64,000 bases of DNA from Blastocystis sp. Blastoise (lineage: Eukaryota; Protista; Bigyra: Opalinata): assembly GCA_039096225.1 (NCBI GenBank), contig JBBPEB010000007.1, forward strand, positions 310,001 through 374,000, read 5' to 3'. The notes below the pieces were generated by a model. That model searched no databases, was not told the DNA's origin, and saw only the letters and a program-made list of their open reading frames with translations. The position numbers and the translations under genes are program-made. Shown one piece after another: positions 33,928 to 48,916 of this stretch (position 1 is its first letter; each line of letters begins with the position of its first letter).

Positions 33928-36900
33928 ATGGGTAGTCATAGAAGAAGTTACAGTTCAAGTTCACGTTCATCTCATGATAGTGATCATTCAACAAAAAGAA
34001 GAAAGGAAGATCATGAGGATACAGAGAAAGAGCAAGAGGATAAAAAGGAAGCACCTAAGATTACGTAAGTTTCGATTTCATTGTTAATTGTTTTTATCTT
34101 GTTTATATTTTGATTGTTTCTATATATTGATGATATCATTTTATGTTTTACGAATTAGTATTGGTGAGTATATACTATATATATGATATTTTTAGTGAAG
34201 AAATGATGGCTACAATTGAAGGAAGAGCAGGTGGTGTTTATATTCCTCCTGCACGTTTAGCACAACTTCGTGCACAATTAGGAAAAGATGAAAAAGGTTC
34301 AGAAGCCTATCAAAGAAAAACTTGGGATGCTTTAAAGAAAAGTATTAATGGTATAGTTAATAAGGTGAATGTCACAAATATTGCTAATGTATATGAAGAA
34401 TTATTTCAAGAAAATTTAATTCGTGGTACTGGTTTATTTGCTAGAGCTATTATGAAAGCACAATTAACATCTCCTGGTATATATTATATTATTTTTATTT
34501 TATATTATTATTTTATTTTTATTTTTTTTATTATTATAAATATTATTATAAAATATAAATAATAATAATAATATATATATATATATATATATAGGTTTTA
34601 CACATGTATATGCAGCTTTAGTATCAATTGTTAATTGTAAGATTCCAGAAATTGGTGAATTAATAGTAAAAAGAGTTGTATTTCAATTTAGAAGGGCTTT
34701 TAAAAGAAATGATAAAGTATTTTATTATATTTATAAATATAATTATATTAATATTCTTTAATATTTTTTATTTGTTTTTTTTAAATATTTAAAAAAAATA
34801 AAAATAATAATAATATATTCTCTAATATTATAGATTGTCGCGACAGGATTAGTACGATTTATAGCTCATTTAACCAATCAAAGTATTTGCCATAGTATTT
34901 TAAGTTTAGAAGTATTAACATTATTATTGGAACACCCTACGTCAGATAGTATTGAGATTGCATGTTCACTTACTAGAGAAGTAGGCATGTATTTAAATGA
35001 TAATGATAAAGAAAATCTTAGAGATATTTATATAGTTATATTATTAATTTTTTATTTTTTTTTATATATAAATTTTTTTAATTGATATAATAATAACTAT
35101 TCTTTTATATTAACATAATAATAAGCATATTTTTTTAATTATTAAATAAATAAATAATATATATATATATATATATATATAGATATTTTTGATACATTTA
35201 GAACTATTTTACAAGAAGGTCAAATTGAAAAAATGACACAATATTCTATCGAACAATTATTTGCTGTTCGTAAAACTGAATTTGCTGTATATATATATAT
35301 ATATATATATAAATTATTATTATTATTTTCGTTTGGTAGTATATGTTTATATGGCTATTTTTGTTATATCATAATATATAGAAATATATTATTATTACTA
35401 TTATTATTTTTATTATTATCTAAGATATTATTATTATATTATTATAATTGTTATTTTTATTATTATTATAATTATATATTATATATATATAGGATTACCC
35501 TAGTGTAGCTGAAGAGCTTCGTTTAATTCCTGAAGAAGATCAAACAACACATACTATAAGATTAGAAGAAGATATTGATAAAGAAGAATATAGAGGTATA
35601 TATATATAGTATTATAATTCTAATAATTTATTTACTTATTTTTATGATATATATTATTCTAATTCTATATAGAGATGTCTTCCATGTTGATCCTAATTAT
35701 GAAATGAATGAAATAGCATGGACAAAGATTAAGAATGAAATATTAGGAATAGAAGAAGAAGAAGAAAGTGACAGTAATAGTAATAGTGACAGTGAAAGTG
35801 AAGAAGAAAGTGAAGAAGAAAGTGAAGAAGAAGAAGAAGAAGATAATATTGAAGGTAGATATATATATATATATATATATTATGTTTTGCTATATTTTAT
35901 TATTATTTTCTTATAATAATAATAATAAAAATAATAATAATAATTATTGTATAGAAATTGCAGATATGACCAAACAAGATTTAATAAATTTAAATAAAAC
36001 TATTTATTTATGTAATACAAGTAGTATATCTTCTGATGATTTTGTTCATAGAATATTAAAATTATCATTAAAACCTGGTCAAGAAGTATAATTATATATA
36101 TATATATATTTTAATTATATATATATATAATATTTTAATTATATATATATATAATATTTTAATTATATATATATATATATAATATTTTAATTATATATAT
36201 ATATTTTTTGGTAACATATTTTTATTCTATATAATTATATATATAAAAAGATGTAGCAGCTTTTATAGTAGAATTAACTGGTAAAAGTGATTGGTATGAT
36301 AATAAATATGGTTTAACCGCGAATAAATTATGTATGATGGGAGATGTATGGAGAACTTCGTTTGCTATGGCTTTTATTAATAGTGTATATATTTAATAAG
36401 AATGATTTTTATGATTATTAATAGTATCCTTTAAGAAACAATATAATATTTAATAATCATTACAATTATTATATATATATATATAGTATGAAGAATCACA
36501 AACATTAAAAACTTCTGAAATTCGAAATATAGCTACATTCTTTGCTTATTCATTAAGTGCCGATAGTGTTTCTTGGGAAATCTTATCCCCCATGATCTTA
36601 ACGGAAGAGGGAACTACAGCAACTAAAAGAATCTTCTTAAAAATATTGTATTTTTTGATATTTTATATATTTATTGTTATTTAAACTATTTTTATTATAT
36701 TTTTTATTATTATTTTTTTTTATTATTATATATAATATTATATATTTTTTGAATGTATAAATTATTATAATTAATTCTATATATAGATTCCAACAATTAT
36801 GTAATTTTATGACTTTAGATGGATTAAAAGAACGTCTGAATGATGCTGAATTGAAACAATATTTTACAGGTCTTTTCCCTATGGATTCTGCTAAAAATAT

Positions 36901-37170
36901 TCGTTTTGCTACAAATTTCTATACTAATATTGGTCTTGGTGGATTAACTTATATATATAATTAATATAATTAATATAATTAATATAATTAATATATATGT
37001 AAAAGAATTTAAAAAAAAAATTTCTATAAATTTATTAAAACTTCTGTAATTGCTATTATTCTTACAGTATTATATAATTAATTATTCTATATAGTGATGA
37101 ATTACGTAATCGTTTAGATGAATTGAAAAGAGCTCATAAAGAAAAGAAATTACATCAAGATGATGAATAA
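33928..37170 (+). CDS. CWC22: Pre-mRNA splicing factor CWC22 (MIF4G + MA3), 11 introns, 3 of them non-canonical
   Basis: Motifs [61 protein letters not shown], an acidic linker, TIYL...SS, RIFLKILFQQL and [20 protein letters not shown]. Confidence 0.95.
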
Positions 37171-37896
37171 GCTGCTTCACAACGTAAACTCATTATCTAT
37201 AATGAATTATCATTCAAATTATTTTCATACAGTTCTCTATAAGTTTATATATTATCAATAACATTCTTGTGCTAAAAACTCTTCAAAATCATTTTGTTAT
37301 AGTATATATTATGCAACTTTATTCCTATGACTATTCACAGTTCATTTATCAACCAAAAAGAGTATTTGTTAACCTAATTATTCTCATTTTATTTTTTTAA
37401 TCACACAAGTCACATTATATCTTATAATATTGACATCAACAACATCAGTATTACATATAGAATGACATAATAATAAAAAAAGAAAACAGTTTATTAGTAT
37501 TCACAAAAAAAACACACACATTTACACAAATTATCTTTTTTAGATATATTAAAGCATTTGGAAAACATTACTATCACTAAATTGACTATTTATTATATAC
37601 TATTCATAAAACTATATATATTTCTAATGAAAAATGAAGAAGATTCAACGATGTGTTGACAAACTACGGCTATTGGATCTCCAAACAACCTAAAGCGTTT
37701 AGTCAAATGTATTATTTAACATAGAATACAGTTGTTAAATATAACTCAATTTTTCTTTAACAGTTTATCATGAAAATAATAATTTTAAAGCTATAATTTA
37801 TAAAAAAACCGTAAATATGTAGTTCATAAACACAGTCTATTGAGATCAATAGCACATTATTTCTTATAAGATACACATGAGAATCAACACGAAAAT

Positions 37897-40800
37897 ATGT
37901 TAGAAATGATACATCTTGTCCTTTTAATTCTTTTGATGTTATTGAATAAGAGTAACTAATAGCTTCCTTTAATATATATATATAGGTTTTGCTAGTTGCC
38001 CTTCAAACACTGTTGAAACTATTCTTACACGACAATATGCGGACTTGGCAGTTTATGAACGAGTATCTGTGTATCGAGGTACTAGATTTACAGGTACTCT
38101 TGTTTTTGATATATCTGGAAATACTAAAAAGGACAGCTCAATCCAGACCTATAGTTTATGCTTGAATCCTACTGTTCACACAGTTTCTACCATTTCAACG
38201 TAAATATATATATATATATATAGTTTTAGATTCTTTTTCATTTATAATGATATTGTCTTATATTGATGCGCTAAATCACTTATTCATATTTTTATCTGTT
38301 TATTCCCCAAAATTGATATTTATTTTGTTTTTTTTTAATTTTATATATATTTTTTAAAACTTTTAAATTTTTTAAAACTCTTTATTTTTTAAACGATAGA
38401 ATATATATATATTTTCCTTTTATTTATTAGACTATTCAAATATATTATTTCTATAAAATATTATATATAGTATAGGAAAAAGATGGAGTGAAGGTTCTTA
38501 TGTTATGTTATCTATACATTTATCAGTATTAAATAAATATACATTAAAACAAGGTTCTTATGGTGAATTCTCTATCTATCGTAAATATATATAAAATTTA
38601 TAAATATTTTTTCATTTAAATAATAATTTATTTATTATTATACTTTATAATTTAATAACTTTCATTGACTATATACAATTATATTATATATATATATAGC
38701 ATATTACATACTAGATACTAGTAGTCCATGGAGATATACATCTACTCCTATTCCTTATAAAGAATGGATTTATTATTCTTATGATGATTCGAATTGGAAT
38801 TATTATTATAGTGGTCGATTTCCTACTCCTTCTTCTATTACTCGTTATTATAGACATATTATAAAGATTAATAAAGATATTTCTGGCATTACGTTATTAG
38901 AATTATCCATTAAATCAAAAGAAGGTATTATTATCTATATAAATTCAAAATTATTAACTTATCATTATGTTCAAAATACGGATCTATCTCCCAATGATTA
39001 TGCAATTCAATCTGATCCAGCATATACATTAAAATCCTATTCAGCCAATTATTATTACTTTATTGGTAATTCTACAGATATTATTATAGCTATTGAAGTT
39101 CATCAAGCACAAAATACACCTATTACTAATGATGAATTTGAAGCTACATTATTATTTCTATCTGGAGATCAAGTACAACGTAGTATTAATGGCACATCTA
39201 CTTCTACTCCTCTATATAAAGAAGATCAGATAGCTGATAATGCATTTGATGGTTTATATACAACGAAATGGTCAGGATTAATGATCAATGAACGTGCTTC
39301 CTTATTATATACATTCCCAAATCAACGTAAAGAATGGATTAATACAATAGACATGGCATGTGATGTTTCTGATTATAAATCTCTTCCTAAATCCTTCTTT
39401 ATTTCTGGATCTAATGACAATGGCACTACTTGGGAACCTATTGCTTTCTATAGTAATTTAATGTTTACGAATATCAATGATTTACAAACATTTTATTTCT
39501 TATCGAATATACATTTATTTAATATTATCAATATTACATTTACAGAAACCTATCAAACCTCTACTTATGTCTCGGTATTAAATATCAATTTCTATGCAAG
39601 TAATAAAGAGATTCTACAAGAATATTCTTATGGTTCTGATTCATTTACTTGGTTTATTAGTATAGAGAAAGTGAATATTTCTCCTCTTCATTCTGGTGTA
39701 TCTGATTATAGAATGAAATCTCCTTCTTCTCTTCCTAAAGGATTGACATTAGATTCTATTTCTGGAACTATTAGTGGATATCCTACAGTTACTTTTAGTG
39801 ATGATTTTATTATAGAAGCGTATAGCTATTTATATGAGAAAACTATTACTATTACATTTCATGTAGATATTTTAGTGTGTAGTAATGATAAATATGTAAT
39901 TGTTGATTTAATAAAGAATTCTGATGCTGCTTCTTATGAATATGAATATATAGAATTAAGTAATGAAGATGAAAGTGTTTATTATAAAGATCATGCTCCT
40001 TCTTCTTCTGCATATTATAAAACCTTATGTTTATTAAAAGGTATATATACATTAAGTTTATCTTCTACAGGATTAGCCTTTTGGTCAACTGCCTCTAATT
40101 TAAAAGTGTCTTTAAGAGATGATGTTTATTCGACTACTGTTTTTTATGGTAGTCTACATAGTGGTTATTCAATAAAAGCACCAATTATGTTAGATTATGT
40201 ATTAAATAACCGTGATTCTTCTGTTCTTTGTAAATTAGATAATGATACATTCATAGATTCTACTTGGTATACAAATGATTATTTTTCATCTTCTTCTTCT
40301 CCTATAACAAATACATGGTTTTCCTGTTTAAATACGTCTTCTCGATTGAAATATAATAGTTATAATCGTTATTATCGTACTACAATTAATATTGATGATA
40401 CTGATAAATATCAAGGTATAGAAATCATATTAAAAGGTCCTAATAGTGTATTATTATATATAAATGAGCAAATAGCTTATAAAACAGATCTTAATGATAC
40501 TTCTATTCCTATTACAGATAATACTATGCCTTCTAATAATAATACTAGTATTACAATTAGAACCATTTCTTTATCGATGAATTATTTTCATAATGGTATC
40601 AATACTATTGCTTTTGCTACACTATATAGTAGAACAACAAAATTACCTTATACAAATAATGTAGAATTAAGTATACATTATTTAGAATCTAGTGCTATAT
40701 ATCCTAGAATATGGAATATATTTGGTTCTATTAATAGTACAGAGATCTATAATTATGTTTCTGCTTTATTTGATTTGAATTATTATTCTACATTCAGTAT

Positions 40801-43800
40801 GACTTATTATAAAAATAGAGATAAACCACGATTAATTTCTATTTTTTATGAATCTAAATATCGATTTGAATATATTAATAAGTATTGTATAACAATTAGT
40901 TCTAATTATCCAAATGAAGCTATTGAATCATGGTCATTCTATGGTTGTGATTATGAACGATTACATTGTATATTATTAGATACTCATGAAGATATGAAAT
41001 GGAGTTCTTCTATTAGTAGACGATGTTTCTATACATATCCTCATATACAATCGTATCCTATTTATTTATTATATATATATAAACCTAAAGAAGATAATCA
41101 ATATAATTCTCAAATGAATCAATTAGAATTTTATATATATAATGAAAATACTATTTCTATTTCTGAATTAACATATTCTTTGAATCCTATTATTGGATAT
41201 ATAGGAATAGATATATCTACTTCTTATCCTACTGATTATTATATATCATTCAGTATTATAGAAGGAACATTACCAAAAGGATTATCTTTAAATACCTATA
41301 CAGGTATTATTGTAGGTATACCTTTAGAAACTACAGATAATACTATTATTATTATACAAGGAAGAGATATTCAAAATGAATATAAGAATACTACATTAAC
41401 AATACAAATATACACATGTATATCTCCAAATATATTATTTAAATCTTCTTTTTCACCTTCTTCAGATGATACTTATAATTCATTTTCTTATTATATTCAA
41501 GATAGAGAAACAAAAGAAATTATTGGTAATTATACTGATTTTATTATAAATACAAATAATATGTTTTCTTATTGTCGTAAGACATTTGATTATTCTATTA
41601 CGTTAATTACACAAAGTGATTATGGTTGGCTTTCTTCTTCTGTTTCTATTCTCTTAAAAGATGGTACTATTGTATTTACAGGAACATTATCTCCTTCAGA
41701 ATATAAAAATGAATATTTCTTTTCTATTTATAATGTATTTCTATCATCTGAAATACAATGGACTTATTATGATGATACTTTAGTTCATAATCCTCTTCCA
41801 TCTGATTGGATCAATACAAATTATCAGCCAATAGGATGGAAAACAGGAACTATATTGAATATGTCCCCACCTCAAGGTATAACTCAATATTATCGAATGA
41901 ATTATTATTTTACTACATTAGAAAATATAGCTATTTTATCTTATACAATAACATTAAGAGGTGGATGTATATTATATATAAATGGAAAAGAAACATTTCG
42001 ATATGGATTAGAAAAAACTATTATAACTCGTGATACAATATCAATATTTGATCCTTATATACCTGAAACAGTAGGTGGAAGTATTCATTTACAATTAAGT
42101 CCTGTATCTATAAATATAGGAAATAATACTATAGCTATAGAAATACATCGAGGTAAACATATGTTTAATGATACTATATTTAGTGCTAGTTTTGTACCTA
42201 TAATAAATAATATACGTTATCAGAAGAATGGTCATGGGTCAACACCGTTTATAGATGAGATTCAAGGAAGTTCATTAGCTAATGCATTTGATAATAATAA
42301 GAATACTGTATATAGATATAGATCACAATGTGTTGGTGTTTCTATTTCATATATTTATAATAATCAAATAAAAGAATATATTAATAGATATTCTATAAGT
42401 AATTCATATTTTTGTAATATATATACTCCTTCAGGATGGACATTAGAAGGTTCTAATGATAATATTAATTATACTATTTTACATCAAGTAAAAAAACAAT
42501 ATTTTAGAAATTATTATGAAGAGAAATCATATTCTTTTATTAGTGATATTCCTTATAATATATATAAGTTAACTATAGATGAATGTGAGAATAGTTATTT
42601 CCTTGTTGATCAACCATCTATATGCTATGCAAATTTAGCTTTACAAATATCTGAATTCTCATTATTCACAGGACTTATGGATAATTTATGTACATCAATT
42701 GATGGATATCCTTCTGTTTATTATGGAAAATATTCATATAAATCTTGTGGATTATTTTATACAGGTCAAAAACAACGATTCTGCTCAGATAAAGGTATTT
42801 GGGAGGATGAAGATTCTAAAAATTGTATTTTATCTCCTCCAAAGATATTTAATTATGATCAATCAATCTATTTATTATATGCTTCAACATCTATACGTAT
42901 AAATGTTCCTTTCATAGATGCTCTCTATATGAATTTCACTAGTTCTCCTTCTCTTCCTTCTTCTTTCTCATTAAATACAGCTACTGGTGTTATTACTAGT
43001 GTTCCTTCTTCTACGTATATTCCTCTTACACAATATACTATAACTGCTTCTTCAAATCATTTTAATACTACTATATCCACAATTTTATGTATATCTGTTG
43101 CCACAGATATGAATCGTGATTTTTGTAAAGAAGATGATGTATGGTCAAGAACCTATCAAGGAAATACTACGACTATCGATTGTCCTTCTGGATTTAATGG
43201 TTATTATCAACGATCCTGTATTCCTCCTTCAACTCCGAATGGAATTCCTTCTTGGTCTTCTATTGAGAATCATTGTGTTTTATCTTCTAATTATATATCT
43301 TTATCCTATCCACATTCATCTTATGTATTTGTATTAAATCGAACTGTATCTGTTGAACCTATAGTAACTTCAGGTATCGTTGAGAAATGGTCTATTACTC
43401 CTTCTTCTCTTCCTAATGGTCTTCTATTTAATAATGGAATTATTTCAGGCATACCTTTAGTAGCTTTAGATAAATCAGATTATATTATAGAAGCCAAAAA
43501 TCAATATAGTAGTGCTACTTATACAATCAGTATTGGTACTAATATATATGTGTGCTTTGAAGATGGTGAATGGCCTCCAGCAAAATATAATACTGATAAT
43601 TATTTACCTTGTCCTGATAGATATATAGGTATACGACACCGTGCATGTAGAGATATTATATCTCCTAATAATTTCTATATAACAGAAGACAACTATTCTG
43701 CTATAAAATGGGATCAAGAACAATATAATTGTAGATTGAAATCTCCTTCTATTTCTATGACTCCTTCTTATATACAAGCAGTGATTAATTCTGAATTATA

Positions 43801-45136
43801 TCCTATTACTCCATTATGTATAGGTATATGTACTTCATGGTCTATTATTCCTTCTCTTCCTGAAGGACTTATTATGAATGTAACTACAGGTACTATCACA
43901 GGTATACCTAAATCTCCTTATTCTGAATCTATTCATATGATTATTGCTTCAAATACTGATAATTATTCATATATACCTATATCCATAACAGTAATCAATC
44001 CTCAATGTCCTGCAGAAGGTCGTTTTCCTGCTACAAATAAAGGAGAAACAATCACTTTAGATTGTGGAGATCTATATAAAGAAGGTTCTATTACACGATT
44101 ATGTAGTAATGATTATATACCTAAATGGACTAATATATCCAATACGTGTATATATAAAACACCTGTAGTTACTTATCCTATTACTTATATTGTAGCTTAT
44201 ATACAAGATCCATTAATAGGAATATCTCCTAATATTCAGAATTATATTAATTCATGGACTGTAACTCCTGATTTCCCCACGGGAATCACATTAAATACGA
44301 AAAGTGGAGTAATTGAAGGAACACCTACTATACTATCATCTTTAAAAACGTATAAAATAACTGCAAGTAATCCAGATAAGCAAGTGAGTATAGATATACA
44401 ACTAGTGATTCGAGAACATACATGTAAAGAAGAAAATGATTGGCCAGAAACTTCTATTGGTCAAACAGCTTATTTATTATGTACTTCTATTCGAACTTCT
44501 TATAGAGCACGTGAATGTGTTCGTAATGGAGTTTCTGCTCTATGGTCAAATGAAAATAGAACACGTTGTTTATTACCTTCTTCTTCTCCTTCTTCTCCTT
44601 ATGTATATATTGAATATACTATATATATATCAGGAATAAGAAGTGAATCGATTCAAGGAAAACAAATTTACATATTATTACATACATTAGATAGTTATTT
44701 ATTTGTTTATTCTATTCCTTCTTCTCATATATGGATTATGTCATTAGAAGATATATATCTTAATGTGAATGATAATAATAAGATTCGTATGATTATTCGT
44801 ATTATGGATATTGAGAAAGAAGTTGAGAAATGGAAGGATACTGTATATCATTATTTTATTAATGAATATAAAAATACAAATAATGATATTCAAGTATTAT
44901 TATCTGATTGTACAATCACTAGTAATTATGAGGATATACATATTATAGAAAATACCAATAATGGTTCTTTAATATATATTATTATCAGTAGTGTAATAGG
45001 AATAACAGTATTCATTATTGTCGGATATTTTATTTATCATTATTGTAAATATCATATATTGAATAATAATTATAATCGTAAGGTATATAAAGATATATAT
45101 ATCAAACAAAATCTTCTTTCTTCTATTAATTCGTAA
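37897..45136 (+). CDS. Very large (>2,200 aa) single-pass surface protein with F5/8C-like jelly-roll domains, He_PIG (putative Ig) repeats and HRM-like Cys modules
   Basis: Signal MLEMIHLVLLILLMLL; three short 5' exons, then one exon of about 6.4 kb (38700-45136). Repeated LP.GL.l...tG.IsG.P (He_PIG), AFD.....W and W.l.GSND (discoidin-like), and C..dg.Wp.t..g......C......R.C (HRM-like). C-terminal TM LIYIIISSVIGITVFIIVGYFIY. Confidence 0.85.
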
Positions 45137-46731
45137 ACTACTATAATATATTGAACTTTTTATATTTATTTATTTACTTATGTATATATACATTATTTTA
45201 TTTTTCATCAATATACAACATATTTTATTCTATTTCTTTACTATTATTCTTTTTTTTCTTTTTTCTTTTTTCTTTTTTCTTTTAAATTTTATTTTCTTTT
45301 TTCTCGGTGATATTCTATGTTTATATATAAAAATTTATAATAGTATATCATCTTATTTTATTTTTTCTTGGTTGAAATATATTAGTATTTTTCTAATGAG
45401 TGTCACTATCAATTATTTTGTTCTCTTTCTAATCATTATTTATTTTCTATGTTATTTAGCTTCAATTATTTTTTTATTTTCTTGCTATATATATGCCTAT
45501 TTTTTTATTCATTTCTATAAATGTTTTTTTAAATGTTTTATTTATTATTTTAACTTTTATTTTTTTACTATTTTTCTTGGAACAATTCTCATTGATATAT
45601 TCTTACCTTATTTTTTTCTTAGCTACTTGTAAATATATGAATCTTGCATGTAGCAACTAATCAAATCCTTTATTTATTTATTTGTTTCTTTTAAAATTAG
45701 AATCAGCTATTTATTTGAGAACAATCTATAGGTTAATATAAATATCATTCTAATTTAAATATCATGATTTCCATACTAATTAAAGAGTTGAAATGACCAT
45801 TATTTTTATTTTATGATTAAATAGATTAGCATTTTTTTGTTAAAAGTACTTAAATATATAAAGAATCATTTACTTTGATTTTTTTTTTAGAATTTGAAAG
45901 AAAACACTTAAACACCAAGAAAACTTTGTGTGCAATTGAATAGAGATAATAGAAAACTTACTTATTACCTTTACAATAAAATCCAAAACACATTATATGT
46001 ATTACAACATTCACTTATGTTTTTTTAATGATTATATTACTAAATCTGCTTAAATGATGCTTTTTTGAGCAAATTATTGTATTAAACTAATATATCTATT
46101 CTTTTCACAAATAATAATTTATGATCATAGTTTTCCTTGTTATTTTGTTAATCAAATTCACTGTTTCTTGTGATTATTATGAAGCATCTTTTTAAAAAAA
46201 CATATCCTTAGTATCTATCAAAAGAAACATTCAAATTTATCTGAAAATATCTGAAAAATGCTGAATTTGATTCCTTGTTTCTCCAGTTTCTCTAAATATG
46301 TGTTTATTGTTAATAATATTTAATATGTGTTTTTCTTCACTTTTTGAATTCATTTATATTAATAGTATTGATTAGAACAGTATATTAGATCCAGTTCAAT
46401 GTTCTTATCGAAAAACTAATGAAGAAAATCCCTTTTTAATTCTGTACAACTCATTTTCTTTAATAATATACTATATTTACTGTCCCTTATTTCATTGTAT
46501 CTTTTCTTCTTTATTTTTTAACAAGAAATGATTATATGTTCTCTTTATCTATTGACATATATTATTTTGAACTATTTTAAAACTTATTAAAATGATTGGA
46601 TATTTTTTTCAATTCAACCAACTAATTGTGTGTTTTGTGTTGTTCATATTGTTTTCTTTTTTGTATTTCGTTTTGTCATTGAATCGTCATACCTGAATCT
46701 ATAGTAGTCATTATTAGATATCTAATTTCAG

Positions 46732-48234
46732 ATGAATTTTTCTGATAATACTCAAAAGGAATCCCTTCTAACTTTTGATGTAAAAACAAAAACAGAAATT
46801 CATAACTCAAATGGTATATACAAAGAAATAATGTTTTTTTAAATGTTTATTTAATGTTTCAAACACTTTGTAATAACTTGATTTAATATATATAGGTTTA
46901 AATACGACTTTTGCGCCTAATGTCGTTTTTAATCAGAATATGAATAGTTCTGCTGACAATGGAGCTACTTCTGGCTTTAAGAATATTGAAGAAGGATTAA
47001 ATAGCAATTTGATTAGTTCATCTTTTGAGTTGTCAACTAATCAATCCGATGATCAACAAATAGATAATTTAGATGATGATTACGTTGATCCAGAATTTTT
47101 AAAACAAGTTAAGCAACAAATTGAAGATTCAATTCAGCATAATACTCATCCTCATTCGTTGAATCTCAGTATTGATCCATCAAGTAAATATATTGATCAA
47201 TCCAAAGTACATGTTTCTGAAGGATATCCTTTTCCTGAATCCTATTGGTATATAAATATTATTTTATTTAATATATGAAACCAAATATTTCTATATAAAA
47301 ATATATATAGGAAAGAAATGGATGTATATAATGAATATTATGAATAAATTATTTTAAAAAATTACATTAAACGTTATAACTATGTATTATATTATAGTAT
47401 AGATGCTGTGATTTTACTATAGATGATTTAAAGTTGTATTTACCGAATTATAGAATGATTTGTCAAGTTAATTCTTTAGAAACACTAATGATTATTGATA
47501 CAGTATGTAATATTATATTAAATCATTATATAACATTAATAGTAATTATACTATTTCCTATGATCTATAGACATTTAGTTTCTTTTCATTTTTAATATCA
47601 ACGAATTTATTCTTTTTTCTATCTCTATTTTTATATTTTATAACTTATGAATGTATAAAGAAGTCAACTATAAAATATATTCGATATTTAATATCCTTTA
47701 TATATATGTTCTATTTTGATATATATTATATTATATAAAAAAAGTATCCTTAATATAATATTTAAATAGTTTTTTTCTATGTAATAGATGTAATAGGTAA
47801 TATATATTTCTATACACTTCCAACTATTTTATTTATTATTTCTGAAGTTATTGTTGAATTTATATCTATTCTTTATCTTCTTTTTATTCATTTTCCTAAA
47901 GAATTCAATTCACAAGGTATATATTTTATTTATTTTAGCTGATCTATATTGTATTTATTTTTTTTCGTATATTATATATATTTATTGAATAACTTAATTT
48001 ATAGAAATGGAAAAATTAATAAATTTACATGAACAAGGAATACATAATTTGAAACAATATCATTTAATTGCGCAAACAGAAAGTGAATTATATTATTATA
48101 ATATAAAGCATCATATTGATATACAAAGAAAACGTAGTAGAAGTAAAAGTAGTGTCAAACGATCTAGTTATAAAAGTAATAATAGTATGGATAACTTCAT
48201 ACAGAAAAATGATATTAATTCTATTATTGTTTAA
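46732..48234 (+). CDS. Uncharacterised multi-pass membrane protein, about 6 introns
   Basis: The exons splice as MNFSDNTQKE...ESYW|KEMD|YRCCDFTIDDLKLYLPNYRMICQVNSLETLMIIDT|TFSFFSFLISTNLFFFLSLFLYFI...|FFYVIDVIGNIYFYTLPTILFIISEVIVEFISILYLLFIHF...|EMEKLINL...*. There are several hydrophobic stretches; no family was recognised. Confidence 0.6.
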
Positions 48235-48916
48235 TTATTTATATATATATTGAAATAAAAAAGATAATGAATTAGAATGTTCATTATCTTAAATTTTTTT
48301 TATTAAATTTATTTATTTTGTTTTCTTTCTTCTTTTTTTTTATGTTAGTTAAAGTAATGTATCATTATTATACATACACATTCGTTCGCTAGTCTTTTCG
48401 ATTTGTTTTTTGTTATCAATTAACATATTAATAATAATATTCTATTTTTAGCAATGTTATATAATTATTTAATTAATAAATAGAAATTTAAAATAGTATA
48501 TAAGAATTATATACATAAAAGCAAACACATTAATATAATTGTGCATTTAATATGGTTTAATTATGATAATTATATAAAAAAGAAAATGAAAAAGAGAACA
48601 ATAAATAGAAACCTTAAAAAGTTAAAAAAATAACGAAATCATAGGAATGTAATAAATATATAAAAAAAATGAATATATAAATACATAAAATAAATAACTT
48701 ATATGTTAATAAAAAAATTAAAAAAAGACAGAGAGAAATTTATGAATAAAATAAAATAATAATTTTAAAAAATATATATACTGTTATTCAGAAATGTCAT
48801 AATAGAAAAAAAGAAGAAGAAGGAAGAACATATATATTATATCTATATATAGAAGTGCAAAAAAAAAGAAAAAGATATAGCATAAAGAGTACAATATATA
48901 AATATAGAATATATAT

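Noticed and set aside
36424-36434. GTATCCTTT, a U12-type donor word inside CWC22
   Set aside because: It lies inside an intron whose upstream GT (36386) already gives the correct frame. Using it would include an in-frame stop.
45180-45632. 150-aa hydrophobic ORF after the He_PIG gene
   Set aside because: It is T-rich 3' UTR or intergenic sequence whose F/I/L/Y composition follows from base bias. It shows no coding-like codon pattern.
47311-47400. Apparent in-frame TAA (EYYE*IILK) suggesting stop-codon reassignment or a pseudogene
   Set aside because: A canonical GT-AG intron (47324-47397) removes it, giving WKEMD|YRCCDF. All other genes use the standard code with TAA/TAG stops.
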